A stretch of DNA of 63,872 bases, the filler included, from Aduncisulcus paluster (Eukaryota): assembly GCA_024181965.1 (NCBI GenBank). It is 9 parts of 9 records of this genome, joined end to end, with 100 filler letters (N's around TTAATTAATTAA, not from the genome) between each part and the next. Parts side by side here need not be neighbours in the genome. Positions count along the whole stretch, not along the records: positions 23,235 to 30,007 come from BQXS01011260.1; positions 30,108 to 37,402 come from BQXS01011261.1; 7 more parts are not named here. The stretch is one strand, 5' to 3'. The position numbers and the translations under genes were made by a program. The notes beneath the pieces are model-generated. The model searched no databases. It worked only from the letters and a program-made list of their open reading frames with translations, and had not been told where the DNA came from. Below are positions 23,235-34,400 of the stretch, piece by piece; within the stretch, counting starts at the first letter, position 1, and each line of letters starts with the position of its first letter.

Positions 23235-24005
23235 ATAGCTAAATTATTTTGTTCAGGTTCCTTCTCGTTACAGTTTCTTCTCAAACATGATACCGAAATA
23301 GCCCATCAATATTCTCAACCAATTCCATTCTTCCCTCTAATATTTTCCAACATTTTCTTGGGATATTCAATCTGGAAAATTTTATGGCAATGTGAACTTT
23401 CGTATTCGAGCTCCAACAAACAAGTAATTTCAAATATCTCCAAAATTGAGGCCATGAAGACAGAGATTGATCTATTATATAAACAATGTTCACAATTGCA
23501 TGAACTTGAACATTTGTTGCCGATATATCCAATTATTCCTCTTCGTTCTCTCACATGCATTACATTGCCCATGTTATTGCCTACAATCTTAATGCGACAT
23601 GCTCTCCGAATTCGCTATGAAATTACACGATATGGCATCCCAAAAAGAGGTGAGGAGGAATTTATAAAAAAAAATTCTTCGTTTGATTTCGATATCACTT
23701 TGACTCATCTGTCACATTTGAAATATTCTCCTGAATTTTCTCAGAGAGGTTCAAGTAGTTCTTTATTTGTTCCTGTATTTTATGACATTTTCCCAGTGCA
23801 ATTGCTTGAGTTGGCCATGAATTTTAGAGTGGATGATTTGTGTTTGTTTGCGATTACTTGTTGTTTGCCTCTTCATGGTGTCTGCTTATGGATATCTTGT
23901 TGTGCATTGGTTTATGAAATATGCCAAAGAATACGCAAACAGAGCGTGGTCACATATTCTTTTTGGATCCAATGCTCTTATCGATTGTGGATAATGATTA
24001 TATAA
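23235..24005 (+). CDS. 5'-partial hypothetical protein with hydrophobic C-terminus
   Basis: Frame is open from the contig start (ATA GCT AAA...) to TAA at 24005; no recognisable motif. Confidence 0.45.
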   Translation: MAKLFCSGSFSLQFLLKHDTEIAHQYSQPIPFFPLIFSNIFLGYSIWKILWQCELSYSSSNKQVISNISKIEAMKTEIDLLYKQCSQLHELEHLLPIYPIIPLRSLTCITLPMLLPTILMRHALRIRYEITRYGIPKRGEEEFIKKNSSFDFDITLTHLSHLKYSPEFSQRGSSSSLFVPVFYDIFPVQLLELAMNFRVDDLCLFAITCCLPLHGVCLWISCCALVYEICQRIRKQSVVTYSFWIQCSYRLWIMII

Positions 24006-25484
24006 TGATAATGTTACTCATTACATATGTTTCTTCTCAATTGATCTTAATATAGATATAGAATGTTCATGATCGAGCATATATTAAAGAATAGCTAACA
24101 GCTCTATGCTAAGCTGATGATATATACACGTGATTTTTTACTTAGTCAAAAACCATTATGGATTCAAATGTTACGAAACCTTTAAGATGCAACGAACAAT
24201 ATAAAGAGAATTAGGACCTCGCATCAGAAAGAAAGAAAGCGGCAACATCGGAGGAAATTAATATATCATTGAAAGGACTCAAAAAACATTTTCCACTTTT
24301 TCAGATCAAATTGGCTGAAAGAGAAGTGGATTGTTAACTATTTCACCATCATGGAACCGAATCAAAAAAAAGGGAAAGAAAAGAATAAAAATATTATTTT
24401 TAAAATAATAAAAAAAAGGGATTTTCCATGAAGAAAACGTTAGATCTGAGATAAAAAGATTAGTAAAGAAATTATAATAAAAACAAAAAATAAACAAGAA
24501 GAAATGAAAAGCATCAAATTTGCCGAGTTTGTTCAAAAAAAGATTTGTTAATATTACTAAAATCCATAAAAACAAACAAACAAAACAAAAAAAAAAAACT
24601 AAATAGAAATAATATGTCTGAAATTATTCAAAATGTTGAAAAATATTTGAATGTTATGTTGCAAATAAAATAATATTTCAGTAAAAAATATGGAGGAATC
24701 GAGTGGAAAAATGTAAAAATAAAAATTTCCATGAAAAAATTTCAAATTTCAAAAAAAAAGAGAGAGAGACCATTTTTAAAAAATGAATCTTAGCATTTTG
24801 TAACTCTAATAATAGAAAATCTAAAAATAGATCAAAACAGAATAATCAACAACAAAAAAAAAGAGAGAAAATATAATAATAAAATATATATTTAGATGTC
24901 AAACCAAAAAAAAACCAAAAATATAATAATAATTAAAAACATATTATTACCTGAGAGAAAGAATATATATATAATATATATTATATATTATTCCTTGAAA
25001 TATCAGAATATATAGGTGAATGTACTTAGTAAAAATTGTATTATGAAAAAGAAAAGGAACATAGACATATAATTTTAGAATTAAAATCAGAAAATTCATA
25101 TCGTATAGTTGAAATATTCAATATTTATATATAATATTTTGAAAGTACTCACAAACAAAGGAGGGGGAAACAAACATATAAATTGGAATAAAAAAGAATA
25201 TAGTAAAATATTGAATACAATAATATTAAAGATCAAAACTTTCACAAAAAAAAAAAAAAAAAAAGATTTTTGGAAACCATTCATAAATAAAATTTGGTAT
25301 TCCAAGATGTGATAATATATAATAACAATAAAATTGTTGTTTTCATTCCAAATCCATTATTCGACATTTATATTTTAAATTTCACAATGTAAATCTGTGA
25401 ATAAAAACCAAAGATATCGAATCAAAATGAAAGATAAAATCAACAATCATATCAAATTATAATATTCCATGTTACAATTCACAA

Positions 25485-27753
25485 TCATTTTTGTGATATC
25501 CACTGAAGATGGGGTGGAAGATACATTGAATAAATTGGATCATTTTCAATCCTAAACCCCGATAACACTTGACGTCGCATTTCTATGATTCGTTCACTCG
25601 ATAGATAATATCCATCACCAAGAAAACCACCACATCTTCCACAATGCGTCACACATGGAGGTTGCAAAGATCTTATCGCGCGAGAGGAAGAAGAGGAAGA
25701 GGGAAGAAGAAGAGGAGGAGGAGGAAGAGGAAGGAAGATGAGAGTGAACTACAGGGTGGACATAACCATCAGAAGGGTGATGCGACGGAACTTGAGACAT
25801 CTGTGATGAAACGTGGAAATGTGAAGAAATATGGGCCAACTCGAATGATGGAGGAGGAGGGTGGTACATTGAGGAAGGAAAGACATATCGATGTTGGTAC
25901 TCTCTCTCTTCAAACGAAGGAGGAAGAGGTGGAGGAGGAGGAGGAGGCTGAATTAGAGGACTGTATAATTGCTGAGAAGAACAAGTACATGGATATCCAT
26001 GAGCAATTGGAATGAGATTTATATCGAAATATGGACCACATTCAGGGCATCTACTCGGAATAAAAGTACGACAATGTGATACTTTTCCTCCAGGGTGGCC
26101 AAATTCCATGCATTTAATCAATTTGAGTAAAATATCAGCTTCGGGGAGACGAAATGAATACAGATCGATCAGAACATGTACGACATCGTCTCTCGAAGAA
26201 AATTCAAGAAATACATTTCTATATGACTGGTGATGTTCATGATAATGTACACCGTAAGCTTGTTCTTGGTGGTGACCAGGTTTAGCCAATGTTTGATAAC
26301 CACCACCAGAAGTAAGAGTAACCACTTTTGCTGAAGAACCTCGACGTTTCTTTGTTTTTGTTGGACTCTCTCTTATTTCAATGATACCATATGGTTTGAA
26401 GACCTCCATAAGCCACATAGTTGTGATACATGAACAAACTGAAAAGAACACGAGCCTCCCGACATTACATAGGGAAAAAGGATCCCGACAAGAACAAGTT
26501 TGTTCCCTGAAAATAACTCGACCTGTTATGGCATCAGGCAAAGTGAGATGATGAACCTTTAGAGAAGGAGAATGGATTTCATCGCCTCTTTCGAGTGGAG
26601 ATTTGGGAATATGCGTGGTATCTGCATGTCCTGAATCATCTTCAAATAGAGGAAAACAGTATGAAACGTGGATCTTTGTGACTGCAATTAGATGAACAAT
26701 GGATTCAGGTTCAAGGAAACAAGAGGAGGAGAGAGATATTCCTTCGAAGTTGGAATGTGGAACAGGACAAGACGATTCATAGAGCATTCCACTCCGAACA
26801 TGTGATTCAAGCCAGCGTTTGACCTTCTTTGCAATGGAACTATTCTGGAAACAAACAATAAGCATACCATCTGAGACAAAATGGGGGAGAACGGCAGTGA
26901 CGGCGAATGGATCAAGCCCACAGCCTCCACAAGAGCAAGCAACGAACATGGAAGGATTCTGAATGTCTAAATAATCGACAGAATCCCCTGGACTTGATTT
27001 TGGGGAGACATATGATTGAGAAACAAAAGAAAGCTCCTTCAATTTCCTTGAAGGTCGAAACCAAGGACCTAGGGAACCGCATTCTGGGCCAGAGGCTGAA
27101 AGATGATCAAATGGCCGATGAGACGATAGACCACATCTGGCGTCAAATGAAGGCGTAGGAATCGGGCTGAAGGAGGAAGAAAAGGAACCTGGGGAAGGAT
27201 GGATAGATAAAGATTCAGAAGAACGTAAGGATGACCCAGATCCTTCTCGATGCATTGGATCAGCTGATAGTAATGGTCGACAGGGCGAATTTGGAAACGA
27301 ATCAGTAGGAGTTTGTTTGATTGATTCTAGTTTGAGTTGAGGGAGTTCTGGTCGGACAAAACACTGCATTTCATCATGGCGATGCGGAATTTGCGCAATT
27401 ACAGACGGTTCAGCATATATTGAATTTGAAGAACCCCGATATTGGGTAGAGGACTGATATTTCGAGTGAAAGAAAGAAACAGCCGAATGATCATAAGAAT
27501 GCAATGATTGGGGATAAGGGGTGGGGTTCTTGCCAAAAAGTATCTTTAAAAACTGGCGTGGGGTTATACGATCTTGAAATGAATTCCACTTGACAATTAG
27601 AGCATGGGAAGGACAATCGTCATCAACAATATTAATATTTACAGGGTGTCTATAGGAATTAACATTTTCGAACAGGTCATGGGCCCTAGGAACGTGCGGT
27701 GAATAAGAAGAAGAACAATATGGGGGGAAATGGGATGAAGATGAGATATTCAT
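25485..27753 (-). CDS. Divergent Mei2-like RRM protein (about 755 aa after removing a 1-nt insertion at 25701-25703)
   Basis: GRLVFFSV...VFKPYGIIEIRESPTK...VFLEFSSRDD...CMEFGHPGG resembles Mei2-like RRM2 (GTLVVFNL..FGxYGEIKEIRETPHK..FIEFYD..LEPSRPGG). Deleting one base continues the poly-Ser run into the 25485..25667 ORF. Confidence 0.6.
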
Positions 27754-28149
27754 GAATTAAATGAGGAATATCAGAAAAAAAATAAAAAAAATTATATTAC
27801 AAAAATGTCATGAACAGTCAAAAAGCCTTGGATAAATGGTGACTGAATAATAATACTCCGAGAGTTATTTTCCTTCTATATTGGCAATAATATCGATAAA
27901 TATGAGCAATGAGTAATTTTACTTGGCAATGATTCATTGATATTGTATTCTTTCAATATAAAGATGAACAAATTTCGAATTTCTTTTTCCTCTTAAATAT
28001 CCACATAAAATCAAAGATAATAAAATATAATCACATATTCTGATAGAATAAATCGTGATTTCACGTGAAGACTCTCTTTATACTGATATTCTTATTCTCT
28101 TCATTGCTCCTGGCAAAATGCCAGAAGTCGACGTTACAATCAAAAAAAA

Positions 28150-29156
28150 TCAACAAAAACTATCAAAAATGGATTCAATAACATCAATTGCAATTGGAAT
28201 TTCCTTTTCCTTGCATCTTTTCACTACTTTCCTTGAAAAAAGACTTTTTGCGGATATCTTTTCCGGATATCTTTTCTTGCACCTTCCCAGGACAGCTATC
28301 AAACTCTGAACGCTTCCAAATACTCGAATGATATTATTAGCACTTGAGAAACTTATATACGGCAATGCAGCAAGGAAAGATAATTGATAATCTTTCGAAG
28401 AGGATTCATCAAGAGATGGGGCTGATATTTTGCTATTAATGGATGTTAAAGAGCTTTTGAGAGGCGTGATACACTCACAATCGGCCTGGGACTCGGAAAT
28501 TCTTCGAGACATCTCCATTTTCTCTTGCCGAAAAGAAGTAGCAAGCTGACTGGAAGTAAAAAAAGATAGGATGTATTTTGCAATATTCCACTCCGAATCA
28601 AGCGAAAAGAATGGAATTATATTGATCCTTGAAGTAATATGAGGCGGAAAAGAGGACGAAAAGAGTGAATAATGTGGAGATTCAATCAGAGAAGGTGGGA
28701 TACAAATCCCAATTTCATCTCGATTTAGAAGGAGGATATTGAATGTTAAACTGGGCTTATCTTTAAAATCTGGACTTCCCAATAAGTTCTTTAGCTGAAT
28801 TTAAAATAGCAATAAGGAATATGAAGGTAAGCATATTAGAGAGATCAAAATTAATGTGGGTATCAGAAAACAGAACAAATTTGTGAAAATATCAATGTAA
28901 AATTTGATAAATAGAAGTATTTCGAACATACAGCGGTTATTGCAGCAGGAATTGTATTTACCATAATAATAGCAGCTTGACGCTGAAAAGCCCTCGATTC
29001 TTGGGATCCAATGGAGGCTATACACATAACATAAGGTGTATTATACTTTCTTTCCATGATGATCACCTTTTCTTTTCGCTTCACATGGGAAAGCACTTTA
29101 GGAATTAATTTCGAATGAACTGTTGGAATTTCTAAACATATTTTAGCATCTATCAT
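28150..29156 (-). CDS. Two-exon protein (29156-28932, 28794-28150; 289 aa) with C-terminal helix-hairpin-helix, ERCC4/XPF-superfamily-like
   Basis: Removing the intron joins ...AAITA to LKNLLGSPDF in frame. FLAALPYISFSSANNIIRVFGSVQSLI is an HhH-type signature like those in ERCC1/EME1/FAAP24-class partners. Confidence 0.6.
28795..28931 (-). other. Spliceosomal intron, 137 nt, GTATGT...CTCTAAT...TTCAG
   Basis: Same GTATGT donor as the 6693-6774 intron; phase-0 fusion of two ORFs. Confidence 0.8.
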
Positions 29157-30107
29157 TTCATTAGAACAATGAAAAAAAATAGAAAGTTCAATAGTGGCAA
29201 GAAAACAAGGAATTATTTGAACCGACTTTATGTTATGAACTAACGTGAATAATAAAATTCAAATGTTTTGATAATTGTTAAAAGTACAGCTATGAAATAT
29301 TTTATTTAATATAATCATTGTTGGCATTACGAATAAGCTCAGCTTATTATTGCCGATTTCGAAAAAACTGACCAAGGGGCCAGAGGTGAACAATAAATGT
29401 TTTTGACCTTCGCAAAATTAAGTGCTCAGTATTGGACGTCTGGGACATTTCTATTTTCGAATTACAAGGATGATTTGTATTTTGCAGATTGAGCAACTGC
29501 ATTTTGCAGATTTGGACTTTCGCATATTGCAGCTGTAAAATGCAGCTCAGGTGATAGAAATGAAACGCGATAAAATCTGGGGTTGAGTCAAGCAATCTAA
29601 GCTCAAAATGGTTCATTAAATTTATGAAAAAACATTATAATCTTAAATAATTTATTACTGACGTGAAAACAAAAAGATATTTTGTGTAATAATAGAAACA
29701 AACCTTGAATATCATAAAACAATATACTGACAACTATTCAACAAGAATAAATACAATCAAACGTCATAATGAACGGTATCGACACAGATTCAAAGGGATT
29801 AACTGGATAAGTGTATGATAAGGACAATTCTAACCAAATCCCCAAGAAACCTTAAATCCACGAATTATTTCAACGTGAGGATTATAAAAACTTAGTTTTT
29901 TTCAATGAAAATACCAAAATCATGCTAAACTGTTGATAGATCCGAATGAAATGTAAAAAATTGTGCAAAAACATAAACACAATAAAACATCATTTGCAAC
30001 TTGATCCNNNNNNNNNNNNNNNNNNNNNNNNNNNNNNNNNNNNNNNNNNNNTTAATTAATTAANNNNNNNNNNNNNNNNNNNNNNNNNNNNNNNNNNNNN
30101 NNNNNNN

Positions 30108-30671
30108 CCTTTAAGCGAAAAAAGATTATAAAAGGGATTAAGGCAGCAAATATTAATATATCAGAGCGTCAAAAGCAAATTTTAAAAGAGTATTGTAAAA
30201 AAATAATTAAAAATAAGAAGATAAATGTAGAAAAAGATTATAGAATGCTTCATACTATTTCATCTCAATTAAAGAGTATAATATTATCAGGAGCAAGCGT
30301 AGAACGATATTTTACATATGTACATCAATTAAATCGTGCCGAGAGAGCAAGTCAACATGTTGATACATTAATGTCAAATGCCATGTTAAAATATGCTAAT
30401 GATCAATTAATCAGCAAAAATAAAATAATGTAATATTATACATTTAATTTTCATCACTTATTATAAAGAATATATTGAGAGTTACGAAAACACAATCACT
30501 TTTTCTAATGAAGTGGTTTTCAACGAATGGAAATTTTTATTGATTTTTTCAATATACTATTTTAATAATATTGATTATTTATAATTTCAAATAATGAATT
30601 TCGTCCTGCAAAAAAAACGGAACCCATGAAATCAATCACAATCACTTTGATATTTAACTTCAAGAACACTA
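30108..30671 (+). mobile_element. 3' end of a hAT DNA transposon (transposase dimerisation domain, ORF 30110-30433, plus putative right end)
   Basis: SGASVERYFT...RAERASQHVDTLMSNAMLK resembles the hAT motif SSxxxERxFS..R.RL..E.L..LM.L. Frame is open from the contig edge; CACAATCACTTT occurs twice downstream; putative terminus ...AAGAACACTA at 30671. Confidence 0.6.
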
Positions 30672-31162
30672 TTTTCTGTCAGATAAAGGATAGTATTTTT
30701 ATTCGGCTCAAATCTGGTTGAGTGAAAAGAAATAAATAATAAATATGAAGAAATAAATATAATAAATTTATATTATAAAGTGAACATCCGTTCCTCAAAA
30801 CTCACATATGATGTTTGATTGGAGACTTCACTCCCAAAGTCTCATAGATAGGGGAGTTATTATGATCATACATTTCATTTCATGTTGTAATCCCCAAGGA
30901 AAGCCTTTCATTGAAAGGAGTGGAGGATATAGTGAGAAAAATATATGGTATTTAGCCTGTGTGTGAATATATGTGGTATACCACATATAAAATTCTTGAA
31001 AAATTCATACAATACATATATATATAAAAATCAATACTGGATGGAAAAATAATAATAGTTAGTAGAAATAAAATGGGATATCATCCACAATACTGTACTA
31101 TACTGTCTCATGATGATCATTTGAAATTTTCATGACTTTAAAGACTGAAAATAAAGTATTCG

Positions 31163-31194
<32 letters not shown>

Positions 31195-31413
31195 AAAAAA
31201 GTCTAGATGAATAAATAAATAAACTCTACAAAACAACGTCCAATTCCTCATCATAAGAACCGGATAACAATAAGAATTCAAATATACGAACATGAAAAAG
31301 TTTGAAAAAAGAGAGAAATAGATAAATATAAAATAAAAATATATAAAATGGTTTTAAAACAGATGAGATCATCATTGAAATGAATCACATTTGCTCAACG
31401 ACTGTCAATAAGA

Positions 31414-34400
31414 TCATTCTCGATAGTTCCATAGTGCCCCACAAAACACACCATCCATCAGATGTTTGATTTCTCGTTCTGTTTTATCGGCAATAGGAAC
31501 ACCAAAATACTTCATTAATTCACTTGGATACTCTTCTTCCGTCGCCATACATCCACACATTTTCGCTGTTTCCTCTTCCTCTTCCTCTGCTCGTTCTTTT
31601 TCATGGTAATATTGTTTCACTCCACGTTTGTCTATACGAATCTTGCAGATACATCCATCAGAACCACCAGCAAAAGATGATATCTTGAACATTCCTTGAG
31701 TATTTTTATATACCCAAGAACTGAAAAGATCAACAATTGATTGTACAGGGAAACAAAAAGTTGAGAGAATTGAAATGACAAGCGGAGAAGGGAGATATTC
31801 ATACGAAGCTCCAATTTGCCCCTGCAACCGATGTCTCTGCGATAACCTTGAGTACATTGCTGAGGCAACATCATCATCACCTTCACAATGCTGACACGAT
31901 TCAGAACAAATATGATTGGAGCCCACAGTTTCAAGTGCTGACCTAGTACAGTCAGTTCCTTTCTGCCCTCGGGATGTGTGAATGGATGCAGCGATGGGAA
32001 CAGACGAACTCTGGATGGCCAATGTTGAAGATACGGCCAATGAGGCATGGGAGATGATAGAAGAGGTCACATGGGAAGATGATCCGGATAAGCTAAGTTT
32101 ATCATTGCTCGAAGACGATGATTCCTCTTCATCCACATCTCGACTGAACTCCTCCCCTTCACTCCGAACTTCTTCGCTCATGTAATCTGAGAGAGGAGTC
32201 CCATAGTGACTCCTGTGATGTCCAACTGTTCCATCGAGAGTAGACTCATGGGTGTCAAGAGTGACATCATCACTCAACGAGGACAGAGAGGAGGGAATGG
32301 AAGTGGAGGATGATGCTGAAAAGGAAGAGAATGAGGCATAAGGGGCAGCACCAACACGAGAGGAAGTGGAAGGAGGCTTCCCAACTCCAGGCGTCTTCTT
32401 AGGAATATCATGTTTTCTTGAGTTGTTATTCATGACATGGACCATCTCTCGCACTGTCTGCATGGCATATTGACTGGCATTAAACATTCCAATACCATAG
32501 GGACGATGTCTATCCGGATTCTGGATGGGGAAAGGTTCACACGAAGATTGTCGGAGTTCCATGTGATCGCCAAGGAAGCTCTGAAGAACAAATGCACGTG
32601 CAGATGTCGTACAACTCATAACAACACGAGTACGCAAGAAATCAGGAACAGGCAAACGAGGAACGAATCCTTTTTCAAAACTTCCATCAAGATCGATCCC
32701 TTTAGCATTACACATATTGATTCCAGCCCGGACAGCATCACGTTCGAAGTGTCTTGCAAATGTCGCTGCGATTGACATGTTAGCTGCAAACCTTGCACAT
32801 TGATATACGGCATTCGTCTTTTCTTTTGGGATGTAAACGACAGACATCTTTAATTGGAACTTTGAGAAGAAAGCTGAGGAATCTTTCTCCTTGGGTGGGT
32901 TAAACTCAGTTGAGCATGTATGTGAATGTTTGTGAAGATGTAAATGCGGCCGCGCACAAGCAATCCGTCTGAAGAAAGAAAAAGAAGGCCCGATAAGAGG
33001 ACAAAACTCATGACAATATATTGGAATTGAGTTGTATTGCCGACTATTCGTTAAAAATTGTGAAGCTACTTTTTCTCTATTTGATGTATGTATTTCATTC
33101 ATGTAAGATTGCACGCATGCGACCCATGTGGAGATTATCTTTAGATTTCTATCCTTTGAAGAATGATAGGAAGAAGATGGAGAGGAAGAAGATGGAGAGG
33201 AAGAAGACGAATCGTTGGACGAGTTCCCTTTTTGCTTCCTTTTAGGGGCCATACAGCCTTCAATTGAGTTTATCTCGACTGCACGATGGACAAGGAACTT
33301 ACTCCCTTCCGAGAAAGGATGTTTCTCAATCATAAGCATCACACACTTCTTATCACACTCCTTAGCTTGCAGGAACAGACCACGATCGATCTGATCCAGG
33401 AGATTTGAACAACTTTTCAGAGCAGAATCTGGAATCGGTTTCTCTGATTTAGCCCATGCTGAACAAGATGGGATATTGTACTCAAAAGCTTGGAGGAACA
33501 GAGGATGTGTCCAATTCGGAGAATAGAAACTATAGGGCCACGGCGCAAGGAAAGAAGTAACAGAAAGGAAATGCCGAAGCTTTGAAGACAAAGGACTTGA
33601 AATCGAAGCAGGAAAATGCATGGAATGTGATAGAATCCCTTTCTTTTGCTTAGCAACATATTGCTGTCGTAACTTCTTGACGTACAACCACTCTCGCTCC
33701 CTTGCTTTCCAATCAGCCTGCATAACATTCCACTCGCCAATGTACAACCATTTCAAATCAGGTTTTGTTCGGATCTCCACACATTCCTGAGGGATATCAA
33801 TGTCGCCTTCCTCTTCAGCGTGTTTCAACTTCCGCTCAAGGACGACAGTTTCCCAAGGGAGATGACACACAGAAGAGAACACAAGGTCGAAGGTACAGTG
33901 CACTTCATTGCCAGAGAAGAAAGGCTCAGTGAAAGAAGAGGCACACATTGAGCAGGGATCGTGCACAGAAGTAATACGAGGACTGTGCTCGAGGAATTTA
34001 TATGGATTGATGGAAGGCGGGAAGAGAGGGACATTCAAGTGAATGCGGCTGTTGGGATTTGTAAGGGGAAGATCTCGATACACTTCAGGACAAATTGGGA
34101 TCGAACTAAGAGATTCGGGAGTACAGAAGGAGGACATCTCAGGACAGCGACGAGCAACATACTTTGAAAGCCACTCATTGCGTCCACACGTGCAATGTGT
34201 ACCACATCTCGCACATGAGTTAATCACGTACCCCAACTCTCGAAAGAAAGCAGAATAACCATGTTTTTTAAAAGAAGAAATACTAGATCCACCTTCCTCA
34301 TTAATAATGTCCTTACATCCTGCAGGGAGACAGAGGGATTGAGACAAAACTTTCTTCATCTCCTGATCGGAAACATACTCATTAATCTGTACATCTTCCA

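Noticed and set aside
31163-31191. Long poly-A tracts (also about 5290 and 25246) as retroposon tails
   Set aside because: No target-site duplications or shared upstream body seen; they fit U-rich 3' regions of minus-strand genes.
16539-33330. Functional cluster of DPH2 and an eEF2K-like alpha-kinase
   Set aside because: They lie on different contigs separated by linkers.
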